Below, one piece after another: positions 37,641 through 48,974 of a stretch of DNA of 64,000 nucleotides (position 1 is the stretch's first letter; every line of letters starts with the position of its first letter). Source of the DNA: Chiloscyllium plagiosum (Eukaryota); contig NC_057715.1 in assembly GCF_004010195.1 (NCBI RefSeq), positions 76,594,217-76,658,216 on the forward strand, read 5' to 3'. A program made the position numbers and the translations under genes. The notes below the pieces were generated by a model. The model was not told where the DNA came from, ran no database searches, and saw nothing but the letters and a program-made list of their open reading frames with translations.

Positions 37641-38147
37641 TCCCAGTAACATTCTGGCAAATCTCTTGAACGGTCTGCAGCTTAATATCCTTCCTATAAT
37701 AGGGCAACCAGAATTGGATGTAGTGCAGAAGCGACCTCAATGTCCTGTATGACTTCAACTCAGAGTCCCAACTTCTATACTCTGGTACAAAGGCAAGCAT
37801 GCTAAATGCTTTAACTACCCTGTCAATGTGATGCAAACTATAAAAAGAGTCATGTACCTGAACTCCTAGGTCTGTTCTACATCACTACCCAAAGCCCTAC
37901 ACTTAAAGTCCTGCCCTTGTTTGTTTTTAAACCAAAATGGAATACCTTGCATTTATCCAGATTGGGCTGAAAAATGGCAGATGGAGTTCATTGACCCATT
38001 TGATCAAGTTCTCTACGTAATCTTAGGTAACCTTCTTTGCTGTCCACAATACCACCAATCTTGTTGTTTTGTAGATAGCACTAACTAACCTTCTGTATTC
38101 TCATCCAAAGCATTTATATAATTGAGAATCAGAAAATTGGACCCAAC

Positions 38148-38280
38148 TAGGTAAAAACAATGACTGCAGATGCTGGAAACCAGATTCTGGATTAGTGGGG
38201 CTGGAAAAGCACAGCAACTCAGGCAGCATCAGAGGAGCAGTAAAATTGATGTTTCAGGCAAAAGCCCTTCATCAGGAATA
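38148..38280 (-). mobile_element. Single arm plus tail of the Penelope-pLTR-derived element
   Basis: Same subfamily as 4402 and 41402; minus strand ctgatgaagggcttttgcctgaaacatc. Confidence 0.8.
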
Positions 38281-41200
38281 CCAGGTACCAGTGGCACCAC
38301 TGCTAATCAGAGGCTTCCAGTCCAAAAAGCAATCCTGTCTCCTACCATCAAGTCAGTGTGTATCCAATTGGCAAGCTCACCCTGAATCCTATGTGATCTA
38401 ACTTTACGTAGTCTACAATGCAGAACCCTTTCAAAGGCTTTACTATAGTCGAAGTCAACATGTGCCTCTCTGCCCTCCTTGAATCTTGGTTATTTCTCCC
38501 CCCCCCCCCAAAAAAAGTTCTGTTCTTATTTGTCCAAATAAGACAATTGGCTGAATTTAGCACTCAGGACAGAATTCACCACTCATCTTGCTGACAACTA
38601 CCCACTGACAGCAAAGGTTTCCACTATTCCAATGTTTTTGCAATCTTGGCCATCTACTGGGCATCTGTGGAGCCTGTGAGTAAAGCAAGCAATAGAGGTT
38701 ATTGAACCAGTTATATTGAAATATCCACACTGATTGTGCAGTCTCCCGACCAGGAAGTATACAGAAGGAAATATTGGATTTAAATGATAGTTACAAAATA
38801 TTTTGTAACTGGATAGGAATGAGAGAGCTTTATTTTCAGTAACTTCTTGGCATCCTGCTACTTTAACATTCCTCAATGGGAAATGAGATCTCATTTGTAA
38901 AATTAACTGAGTTATGGTAGTTCAACAGTAATGATCAGTCTGTTAGTTAAAAAGCTTTCCTTGTAATATTAGTGCTAAATGTTTAAGCTGTTTTTATTGT
39001 GAACTGGCAAGTTAAGTACTCTGTTGAGATTGCAGTGCTGACTCTTATCAGCAAAGCCTACAGCAAGGCCTAGATAGAGTGAATACGAAAGACCTATTCC
39101 TCTTGAGATAGATAGTCAAGAAGCAGATTTAGATAATAAGGATTAAAGGGAGTTGAAGTATTTTTACCCAAAATGGTAATGTTACTTGCTGCCTGAAAGT
39201 GATTGAGACAGCTACATTTTGAATTTGAGTATATGAATATGCAGTGAAAATGTTACAACCTATAAAAAGGTTGCAAGACAAGAGCTTGAAAGTGATTAGG
39301 CCAGATAGCGGTTTTGGCTGGTAGAAACAGTAACTTCTTTCCATTGTGTAAGTTTCTTGCATTCTGTTTTATTTAATTGTATACACAGCAATATGGATTT
39401 AAGCTATACTGTATATGTGTAGGTTCCAGAATTTACCTTAGTAATGGCACAGCTATCAATACTTATTACAACTAAATCCAGGCCAATGTCAACCCAGCAA
39501 GGATCCTGCAAGATTTGGGGCAGGATATAACTGACTGAAGAGGTTGTGGGATTCTGATCACCTGACCTGCAGTATCCAAATCATGGCACTTGTGGAAATA
39601 ATTGCAGTTGAAGTAGACTTCATGTCATCATGGTTTCTGTGAAATCACTTTTCCATAATGTTTTTCACAAATTAATTTGCTATGAGCTTTTGTACACAAG
39701 ACTGAAATCAATTAACGTTAAAGTTTTCAAACAAAGTCACGAGCAGTACATGTATGAGATACTATGAATTTTCAGTCAATACTTCAAAAATTGGATCCAG
39801 TTAACTGGGTAAATTGCTGCTGCAATTTGTGGCATTTGTACCACAGCAATATTGAGTCTCCAAAAGAAAACTAATTAGCATGGGCACTGACATCCCAGGG
39901 AGTTCACATACCTGTTTGAAGATTGAAAATTCCAGTTTGTGTGCTGGTCAGAGTGCCTGCGTCCATATTTCACACCAAAAAAACCAAACAAAGTTTGGCC
40001 ATTGACATCTTCCACACTTTTTGAAACAGGTGGCCTTCTCTTGAGAAGGTGCATAGGTTAGCAAGTAGGGAAAGAGTTAATTTGAGTTTTGTAAAACAAG
40101 ATCAGCTGAGCATGACTCCGATAAGAACTTAGTTAACGCTGGAGGCAGGGATAATGGGTTAACAAAGTGGAAAAGCAGTCATTATGCAGAACATTTATCA
40201 CTTTGGAATTATTCAGTATGCAAGGTCAGCTAAAGGGACAAAGTATCTATTGTATGAATCTAGTTAACAAGGTTAAGAACATTTATTGTATAACAGTAAA
40301 GGGCTTGGTCTCTGCTATTGATACTTATTAATTGGGTGACTATTACAATCAATGTGTACATTGCCTTATCTGCATGCTCTTCCCTGTAAAATGTAGTTAA
40401 TGGAGAAACTGCTGCTTGAAAGCAGTGAACTCGTGTCTCTGTGCACATGGGTGATAGTTTTTTGCCTCCATTTTTATTATGGGCCCTGGAGGGACAGAAC
40501 AGTCTCTTGAGCATTTTGCTTTGACTGAGGTAGGGCAACACTAAATTACTGCTCTGAAGTATTAACAATTTATGAAGTCAGTCTAACACTACATCTAATT
40601 TGGAAAATGACCTTGTATTTTTAAAGCATGCAGAGAGGCAGCATATTGTGTTAAAGATCAGCGGAGAGTGGTTTGTAAACAGATACACTAAAGCCCCTCT
40701 GTTCAACCAGTCTGATCTCGACTGACAAACTAGCTGCAAGATGTCAGGTGACCAGACTAGTTCTAATTTAAAGATAGCAGATAGAGGTTTCTTGCAATCA
40801 CAAAACCTTCACTTTACAAGATTATCAACACCATTCAAGAAGCTGGCTATGAGAAATCAGACTGAGTCAATGGTAATCTCTTACCTTCAGTCCTTTTCTG
40901 TGTATGAGTGAGTGTGTACACTTGCTTTGGAGAGCGATAGTTGAGAATAAAACAACCTCTAGTTTTAAAACTGCCACACATTTGCTGTTGAAGTATTAAT
41001 TTTGGTACACACTAGGTGCAATGGGGGGGGGGGGGGGGGGGGAGAAAGATGGAAGGGGGTACAAACCATGCAGATTACAGGCAGAGAAAGACCACACCCA
41101 TTGTCCATAAGAGATAAAGTCCATTTTTAAATCTATAAAGTTTAATACTTAATATAGAAACAATTATGAATTTTGGAATAAATCTCTAGCTTGATATTTG

Positions 41201-41401
41201 AGCCTTAAATCTAACAGCTATGATTATGAACATAAGCTGGAGCTGAAGTAGGTATCATGTTAGTGGTTCACTAAACCATAAACTGAACACCAGGAGAGTG
41301 GAGGGTAAACAGTGAATACTTTGCGGGTTCTTAGTTTCAGAGTTTTAGACTACCTCCCCTCACACCTACTCCAGGTCACCTGACCAGCTCTAAGGGTAAC
41401 A

Positions 41402-41597
41402 GTTCAGGCAGCAGAGGAGCAGTAAAATCAACGTTTCAGGCAAAAGCCCTTCATCAAGAATACAGGGTATTCCTGATGAAGCGCTTTTGCCTGAAACGTT
41501 GATTTTACTGCTCCTCTGATGCTGCCTGAACTGCAGTGCTCTTCCAGCATCACTAATCCCAAATCTGGTTTCCAGCATCTGCAGTCAGTTTTTAACC
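41402..41597 (+). mobile_element. Fold-back Penelope-pLTR-derived element with two opposed hammerhead-like cores
   Basis: Arms centred on ~41465; TSD ctcta(a)agggtaaca at 41388-41401 and 41598-41612. Confidence 0.85.
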
Positions 41598-42101
41598 CTC
41601 TAAAGGGTAACATACACACCTAACTTATGAATAACAGCCCTTCCCTATTTATTGGGGTATTCCCCTTAACTAATAGATTTCTATGTAAAATATGTTCAGT
41701 TCGGACTTAGACAAGCATTATATTTGTATTGTCAGGAATAACTAAAAGGAAAAACTACCCTTCCATAGTCTCTGACAATCAGTCAGTCTCTCCTGGACTG
41801 CAATTTAAAACCCCACTCCAGCAGGAGCTGCCCTGACCAGCATGGTCTCCTGTAGACCTAGTCTTTGAGCCACTACCACTGCTCGCATCTTTTTTCCCCT
41901 TAGATGTATAATTCTGGCCTTGAATGCCTCTTTGGAATATCTTCAACCATGAGGTACCTGCCCTTCTTAACTTCACTCTACCACCTCTAGCCTCTTCGAG
42001 CTGCATTAAGTCAAACGTGGTTGTCAGCTGGTGGTTGACATTGAGAAGCAGTGCTCACTGTCATAATCTTCAGAGACAAATTGTAGATGCTGTAATCCAA
42101 G

Positions 42102-42272
42102 GTAGATAAGAGGGTGGGAGAACTCAGCAAGCCAGGCAGCATCAAGAGGTGGAGGAGTCTACATTTTGGGTGTAAACCTTCAGTCCTGAAGAGTTACACC
42201 TGAAACGTCAACTCCTCCACCTCTTGATGCTGTCTGACTGGCTATGTTCACCCAGCCTCCTGCTTGTCTACT
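42102..42272. mobile_element. Fold-back element of a further pLTR subfamily
   Basis: cagcatcaagaggtggaggagt / actcctccacctcttgatgctg arms; central ctgaaga..gaaacgtc. Confidence 0.7.
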
Positions 42273-42929
42273 CCCAATCTTTATAGTGTTCACACCACAC
42301 TAGGGTGCCCTTAGATCACTTGTTCCAACACCTTTCCTCTTAACCAGGGAAGGGTTACAACTTGTTCCCCACATTAAACAGCTGTCTGATATGAATAACT
42401 CAGACGTGGACAAGTGTAATGTTGGGTGTTTTTATGTCAAATCTTTCCTCTCAAAGAAGTCCTTCACTAGATTAAAGACTGGATCAATCTGGGTAGCATT
42501 TCACATTAATTCGTTGACACCAGTACCTTGCTTCTTGTGAATTCTCAGTCATGGTAAGCTTAACACTATCTGCATTGCAGTGCTTCTCTAGCTATTGGTA
42601 TCTGATTTCATAGGGGTAAACAGATCTCTGTAGGCATGCTGCGGTCTTTGACGGTATCCCTGTATTCAGGCCAGAAATGGAGGTTAGTGGCCTATGGTCT
42701 GTCAACAACATGAAGTGCCTGCCATGAAGGAAATGGGTGAACTTAACACTGAAAACAGTGCCAATCCTTTTTTCACTTTGACATACTTCTGTCAACTCTT
42801 AACAGAGTACTGTAATACCAAAAGGAAGTTGCTTGTAGAGGACCAAATCTCTGGTATCACTATTGTCAGCAGTAATTGGGACTACATAGTGGCCCCATCT
42901 GCCTTCTCCCAAGTCAGCCTGCTGAACAG

Positions 42930-44152
42930 GTCATAGCTGTACAGCATGGAAACAGACCTTAGTCCAACCTGTCCATGCAGACCAGATATCCCAACCCAAT
43001 TAGTTCCATATCCCTCCAAACCCTTCCTATACATACACCCATCCAAATGCCTGTTAAAATGTTGCAATTGTACCAGCCTCCACCACATCCTCTGGCAGCT
43101 CATTCCGTAGACATACCATCCTCTGCGTGAAAAAGTTGCTCCTTGGGTCTCTTTTTATATATCTTTCCCCTCTCACCCTAAACCTCTGCCCTCTAGTTCT
43201 GGACTTCCCAACCCCAGGGAAAAGATTGTCTACTTAGCCTATCCATGCCCCTCAATTTTGTAAGCCTCTATAAGGTCACCCCTCAGCCTCCGACACTCAA
43301 GGGAAAACAGCCCCAGTCTGTTCAACCTCTCCCTATAGCTCAAATCCTCCAACCCTGGCAACATCCTTTTAAATCTTGTTAAACTTGAAAGGGTTCAGAC
43401 AACATCTTTCCAATAGGAAGGAGACTAGAATTGCTTCCAAACAGTAGCCTAACCAATGTCCTATACAGCCGCAACAGGACCTCCAAACTCCTATACTTAA
43501 TACGCTGACAAATAAAGGAAAGCATACCAAACACCTCCTTCGCTATCCCATCTACTTGTGACTCCACTTTCAAGGAGCTATGAACCTGCACTCCAAGGTC
43601 TCTTTGTTCAGCAATACTCCCTAGGACCTTACCATTAAGTGTATAAGTCCTGCTAAGATTTGCTTTCCCAAAATGCAGCACCTTGCATTTATCTGAATTA
43701 AACTCCATCTGGTCCAGATCCTGTTGTAATGTGAGGTAACCCTCTTCACTTTCCACTTACACCTCCAATTTCGGTGTTATCTTACTAACTGTGCCTCTTA
43801 TGCTCATATCCAAATAATTTAAATGACAAAAAATAGAGGACCCAGCACCGATCTTTGTGGCACTCCACTGGTCACAGGCCTCCAGTCTGAAAATCCACCC
43901 TGTCTTCTACCTTTGAGCTAGTTCTGTATCCAAATGGCTAGTTCTCCCTGTATTCCATGAGATCTAACCTTGATCACCAGTCTCCCGTGGGGAACCTTGA
44001 ACACCTTACTGAAGTCCATATAGATCACATCTACTGCTCTACCCTCAGTCTTTGTTATACTTCAATAAACTCAGTTTGAGACATGATTTCCGACACAAAG
44101 CTACGTTGACTATCCCTAATCAGTCCTTGCCTTTCCAAATATATGTACATCC
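42930..44152 (-). mobile_element. CR1 LINE 3' portion
   Basis: QMEFNSDKCKVLHFGK..EQRDLGVQV..LYRTLVRLL (43379-43756). Confidence 0.93.
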
Positions 44153-44822
44153 CCAAATGAACAGAAGTGGTACTGACCCACACGTAGGGCTAGGTTGACA
44201 GTGACCTTAAATCCTCACCAAGCCATCTGTCTAAGGTGGGAACAAATGGAGTGGCCCGTTCATTGAGCGTAACTGATTCCAACACTCCCAAGTTAATCAG
44301 CTATTCCAGTTAAGCTAGATGGCACATGGTACCGGTCATGCCTTCAGACTTGTTGGCTGAGCCTCCTGCTTCAACCAAAGTTTAATTTCTTCTTCCATTT
44401 CCCATGGAGTTCCTCTGAAGGAATCCTATACCTATCCAGAACTCTTGCATACTAGTTTTAAGTCCATCAACCTATTAACTTGAATTTCTGTAATATTCTA
44501 AACTATATAAAAAATTTGGCACAGTTGTCTCTTTACAAGTACATAGCTCTTCAGTGGCATCACTTGTTCCATGTAACTGTAGCATACAGTTGGCAGGCTT
44601 CATGGCAGTGCCTTTAAGTATTCCCTACATACTGATTCAGGAATCAGGGACACCAATGTATCTGCATCTACTTCCATCATAACTATCTTGCCCTCTAATT
44701 TGGGCAGTACCCAGAAACAATCAGCTTCAGAGGATACTTAACCAAAACTCTGCTGACTCTTTTGCTTCTCCCACAGACCGGTCTTGACTCAGTCTACTCT
44801 GGCTGGCAGCATGTATCTTATG

Positions 44823-45031
44823 GAGAAAGTGAGGTCTGCAGATGCTGGAGATCGGAGCTGGAAATGTGTTGCTGGAAAAGCGCAGGTCAGGCAGCATCCA
44901 AGGAACAGGAGAATCGACGTTTCGGGCATAAGCCCTTCTTCATTCCTGAAGAAGGGCTTATGCCCGAAACGTTGATTCTCCTGTTCCCTGGATGCTGCCT
45001 GACCTGCTGCGCTTTTCCAGCAACACCTTTC
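44823..45031 (-). mobile_element. Fold-back Penelope-pLTR-derived element with a hammerhead-like core
   Basis: Tail at left, inverted arms ~44856-45035, exact 16-bp TSD cagcatgtatcttatg at 44807-44822 and 45032-45047; CTGAAGA-A-GGGC(TTAT)GCCC-GAAAC-GTT at 44946-44973. Confidence 0.88.
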
Positions 45032-48000
45032 CAGCATGTATCTTATGTCTTGTCTTCTGAATGGTCTCCTTTGAAACATATTGCTCGACTTGTACCCAGC
45101 AATCTTATGCAATATGCCCAACTTGCTTACACCTGCTGCACTGCACTCCCACCATGTTGGCTCCTTGTGGCCACTGGGAGGGCCACAGGCACCATTCTAC
45201 AGTTGGTATCATACTATGCTGAGTATCCTGGTTGGCAGCCATCCCCATCAAAGTAGCAAATTTCAAAAGCTGCCTTGAAATACAGGTTTATCCTTGCTAA
45301 TACCTTCCTTTTTAGAAGTCATGGTGGAGGCCACAAACCAAAGAGTCCAACAAAGTTTCTTGGAGGAGCCTTCCAAATTAGCAATGTTCCACTAACCTCA
45401 TTTAAGATGGCTATAAATTGGGTAGTGAACTCTTTCATCCTGCACCTGTTTATGAAAATGGAAAGTGTGATAGTCTGTGGTGTTTAATGCAAAACTAATT
45501 AGTCTTCTCCACAGATTTCTCTGGTTTCAGACTCATTAGAATTGTGAAGGTCTTTCTCCCAGTGATGCTTAAGAAAACCATTATATCTCCAGCCATTTTG
45601 TCACCTTACGCAGAATCTAACTTTGTCTCCTCTTCAAATGGTCCCACCATCTGGATTTCCTACCGTTCACTTTCTCCCCCCACTTGAGTATAGTAGCCGT
45701 TCAGACTAAGTCCCCTAGGTGAGCACTGTACACATCGGCGTCCCTCACTGTTTATTAGCGTACCTTTCTTCCCTGGTGTCAGCCAGTCTCAACAACAATT
45801 TCAATAAGCTCCGCATGAGTACTCTCCTCTTCAGCCATCTGTAGCCTGAATCTCCTAACTACTGCTCTCACCCTACACCCTGTTGCATCCCATTCTTCCA
45901 TGGCGTTCACCACAGCCAGACTTCCTTCACGACTGCTTCTCTTACTTCTGTAAAGCAACACCATTTTTAAGTCCAGACAACGTTCTTACGCTTGACAAAA
46001 GAAATGGTGTTCATTCAGTTTGAGAGCCAGACCCCCCACTCATCACCAGTTATGATTGTGGTTCACTAGAACTATAGATGGAAAACAAGTTTGACAGAGG
46101 GTAAACTTGAACAGGGAATACTTTAATGTAGGTCTCTCAGTTGGTTTTAGTCTGCTTCCCCAGTGCCTGTCTCTGGGTCACCTGACCTACACGAGTAGAA
46201 TACACAACTATATACATAACAGTAGGTCTTTCAGCCTCACTCTTGTTCCACACTCAAGATCATGGCTGATCTGATTAAAACCTCCGATCTGTATGCATGC
46301 ACACATACACCTCAATCTTTCATCCTCCTTTCTTAGGGATGATCAATCCACCTGTGCCTTAGAAGTATTCAAGAACACTACTTGCACCACATTTTCAGGA
46401 AGGGTTCCAAACACACACCTCATCTATTTGTAATGGGCTACCTCTTTATTGTGTAAAAAAAAGTGACTCCTAGTTCTCTGTTTAATATGGAAAGAAGTTG
46501 CACGTAATTAACAGACAGGATTTTTTGCATTAGTCATTGTCAGTGAAAATTTAAATACAATTAAAGTATAGTTCTACTAGTGACTTTAAACTTACTTTAA
46601 GATATTGGTGAGTTTTATTTATAAATTAGAGTAATTAGGTTAAGACTTATATTTATTGGAAATTAGAAATTAAAGAAATAGTACCTGAATTATCCATCCA
46701 GCCCTGGACCCGATTCAAAACAATCATGGCTGATCTTCATCTTTGCCTTCATTTTCCTGCCCATTCTCAGTACCCTTCAAACTGAGACACTAAATATAAA
46801 TTCAACAATGGAGAATAAGAATTCCAAAAAAACTCAACTTGAGCAAAGAAATTTCTCCTCCTTTCAATGCACGATGATCAGCTTATATTCCTGAGACCGT
46901 GTCCATAGAGGAGAAGAAATATTAATTTGTATCATACCAAGCCCTTCAATGTCATCTTGAGTTTAGAGGAATGAAATTATTAAAACACCAGAAAATATAG
47001 GCTTAATTAGACTGACATCCCAGGACAACCCCTTGTCCCAAAAACTGCTGAAACTTTTGCTGTTTGATGTCCCATTGTCAATTCAAATCCATCCTTCAAT
47101 ATGGAGGCTAAATCTGAACACCAGGATATTTTCAGCAAAATCTCTTTCCTTTAGTAATTTTAGTGTCCTTGCAATACCCACCAAATGCCATTTATCCTCC
47201 TGATTAATTGCTGCACTTGAAGGCCAACCTTCTATATTCCTTGCATGAGTAAACTTGATTCTCCCTGAGCATCAGAAATGACTACATTTCATGGTATAGT
47301 GATTTGACTGAGGGCCATGTGGATCTTATTGACTGAGATTCTTGATTGGGATTGTTAAGCTGGGCCAATCAGAGGGTGCCCTGGCTGACAGCTTCAATCA
47401 AGAATCTCATAGTCCATGATACCCACCTGACCCTCATTCCAATCATTGCACATGCCTTTTTAAAAGTACCCTGCCTTTGTCATCTTAAGCGATTCTCGGT
47501 GCGTTATAACTATGAGCTGGGAAGGACAACTTTTTATTAAGAGCTTCTATTTTCTGAGGAGACTTCAAGCAAATCCACATTTATCTATCTGCTCTGAAAA
47601 ATCCATTCACATTTTGATGTGACAAATTTGACCTCAGCAACTGAGACAATCCAAAACCGTCAAAAACCATGAACAACATTTTAAATAAAACCATCCGCAG
47701 TAATCTTAATATTAGGAAAAGAGGCATACTACTTTGGCACTTTAACAAAGTATTTTTATTAAAACAAATCTAAAACCTGTATTCGAATCTGTATCTTTCC
47801 TACAAAGAATTGCTTCCTTGGAGCATACTTTGCCTCGGTGCCATGTTTCATTGAGCTTCATTAGCATTTGAGGTTTGTTATTTACAGGTTAACTAACAGG
47901 AGCAAAAGTATTAATTCCACCCACCTTTGTTGGCAGAGTTAACTATTTCCTTTAATGTTATGACCGATGGTGCAGTATTGTTTGGGGGTCTATACGTTAC

Positions 48001-48974
48001 TCCTGGCATTTTCTGATCCTTAATATTACTATTCCTAACCCCCCCACCCCGCGACATGTTGATTCAGCTTCCTAATTCCTTTGTGTCAAAACAATTTATT
48101 TTCTCACTAAAATCATCTTTTGCTATGGAAAATACACTAATTTCTACTTTTTAAAAAAATTCAAGTTGGAAATTAACCTTTGTTCATTGATGAATTGCCT
48201 TTCTTAATTAAGGATATGAAAACTGAAAATAGTTCTCCAGATGCTGTTTCATTAACACCATGTACAGTAGTAGCAACACTTCCTTGCTTTTATGCTCCAT
48301 TTCCCTTTTAATAACGGTCAACATTCAATTTGCCTTTCTGATTACTTGCTGTATCTGGATGGTGACTTTTGTGATGCATCTACCAGCGTACCCAGATCCC
48401 TTTGTACCACAGACCATTGAGTCTTCTTTGTTTATTTAATGTTCTGCTGGTCTGTTCTTCCAAAGTGCACAAGCTCACATTATCCCACATAATGCTCCAT
48501 CTATCAAGTCTTTATGCACTTAATCAGCTAAATCCTTTTACAGACTCTTTATATCCTTCCCAGAAGTTCTGTTTAAAAAAAAAAGTCATGTTGGACTTGA
48601 ATTGTTAACTGTGTGTCACTGTCCACAGATGTTGCCAAACTTGCTGAGTTTCTTCAGCATTTCCAAGTTTGTGCCACAACACTCTCCCTACAAATAGCTC
48701 ACCAATTCCTTGTCCGTGTTAACATGAGACCCAAAACCTTTGGTAATCGAAATACACTACATTTACTACTTCACCTTTAGCCATCCAGCTTGTTACTACC
48801 TCAAAAAACTGATTAGGCAAATACAGTTTCCATTTCCCATAATCATATTGACTCCACCTGATTTCTATCTCTATCCTTTTTTTACATTCCTAGCTAAAGT
48901 TACTACCAGACCAGTCAGATCTCAGACTAAAATCTAGTTTGATGGATCGTTTTGCCTTAACAAAGTGATCTTTT

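Larger units (their letters stand above)
36490..38145 (-). mobile_element. Decayed CR1 LINE interrupted by the Penelope palindrome
   Basis: CR1 sequence continues across the insertion (actcaaaccctcaattcccagtaacat / tctggcaaatctctt). Confidence 0.8.
41258..46221 (-). mobile_element. Decayed Gypsy LTR retrotransposon with nested insertions
   Basis: Related repeats begin at 41258 and 46053 (gtggttcacta..gagggtaaac..gaatacttt..ggtcacctgacc); PBS-like TGGTGATGAG at 46039-46048 (-); RNase H remnant FLHGRHFMLLTDHRPL (42592-42795). Confidence 0.7.
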
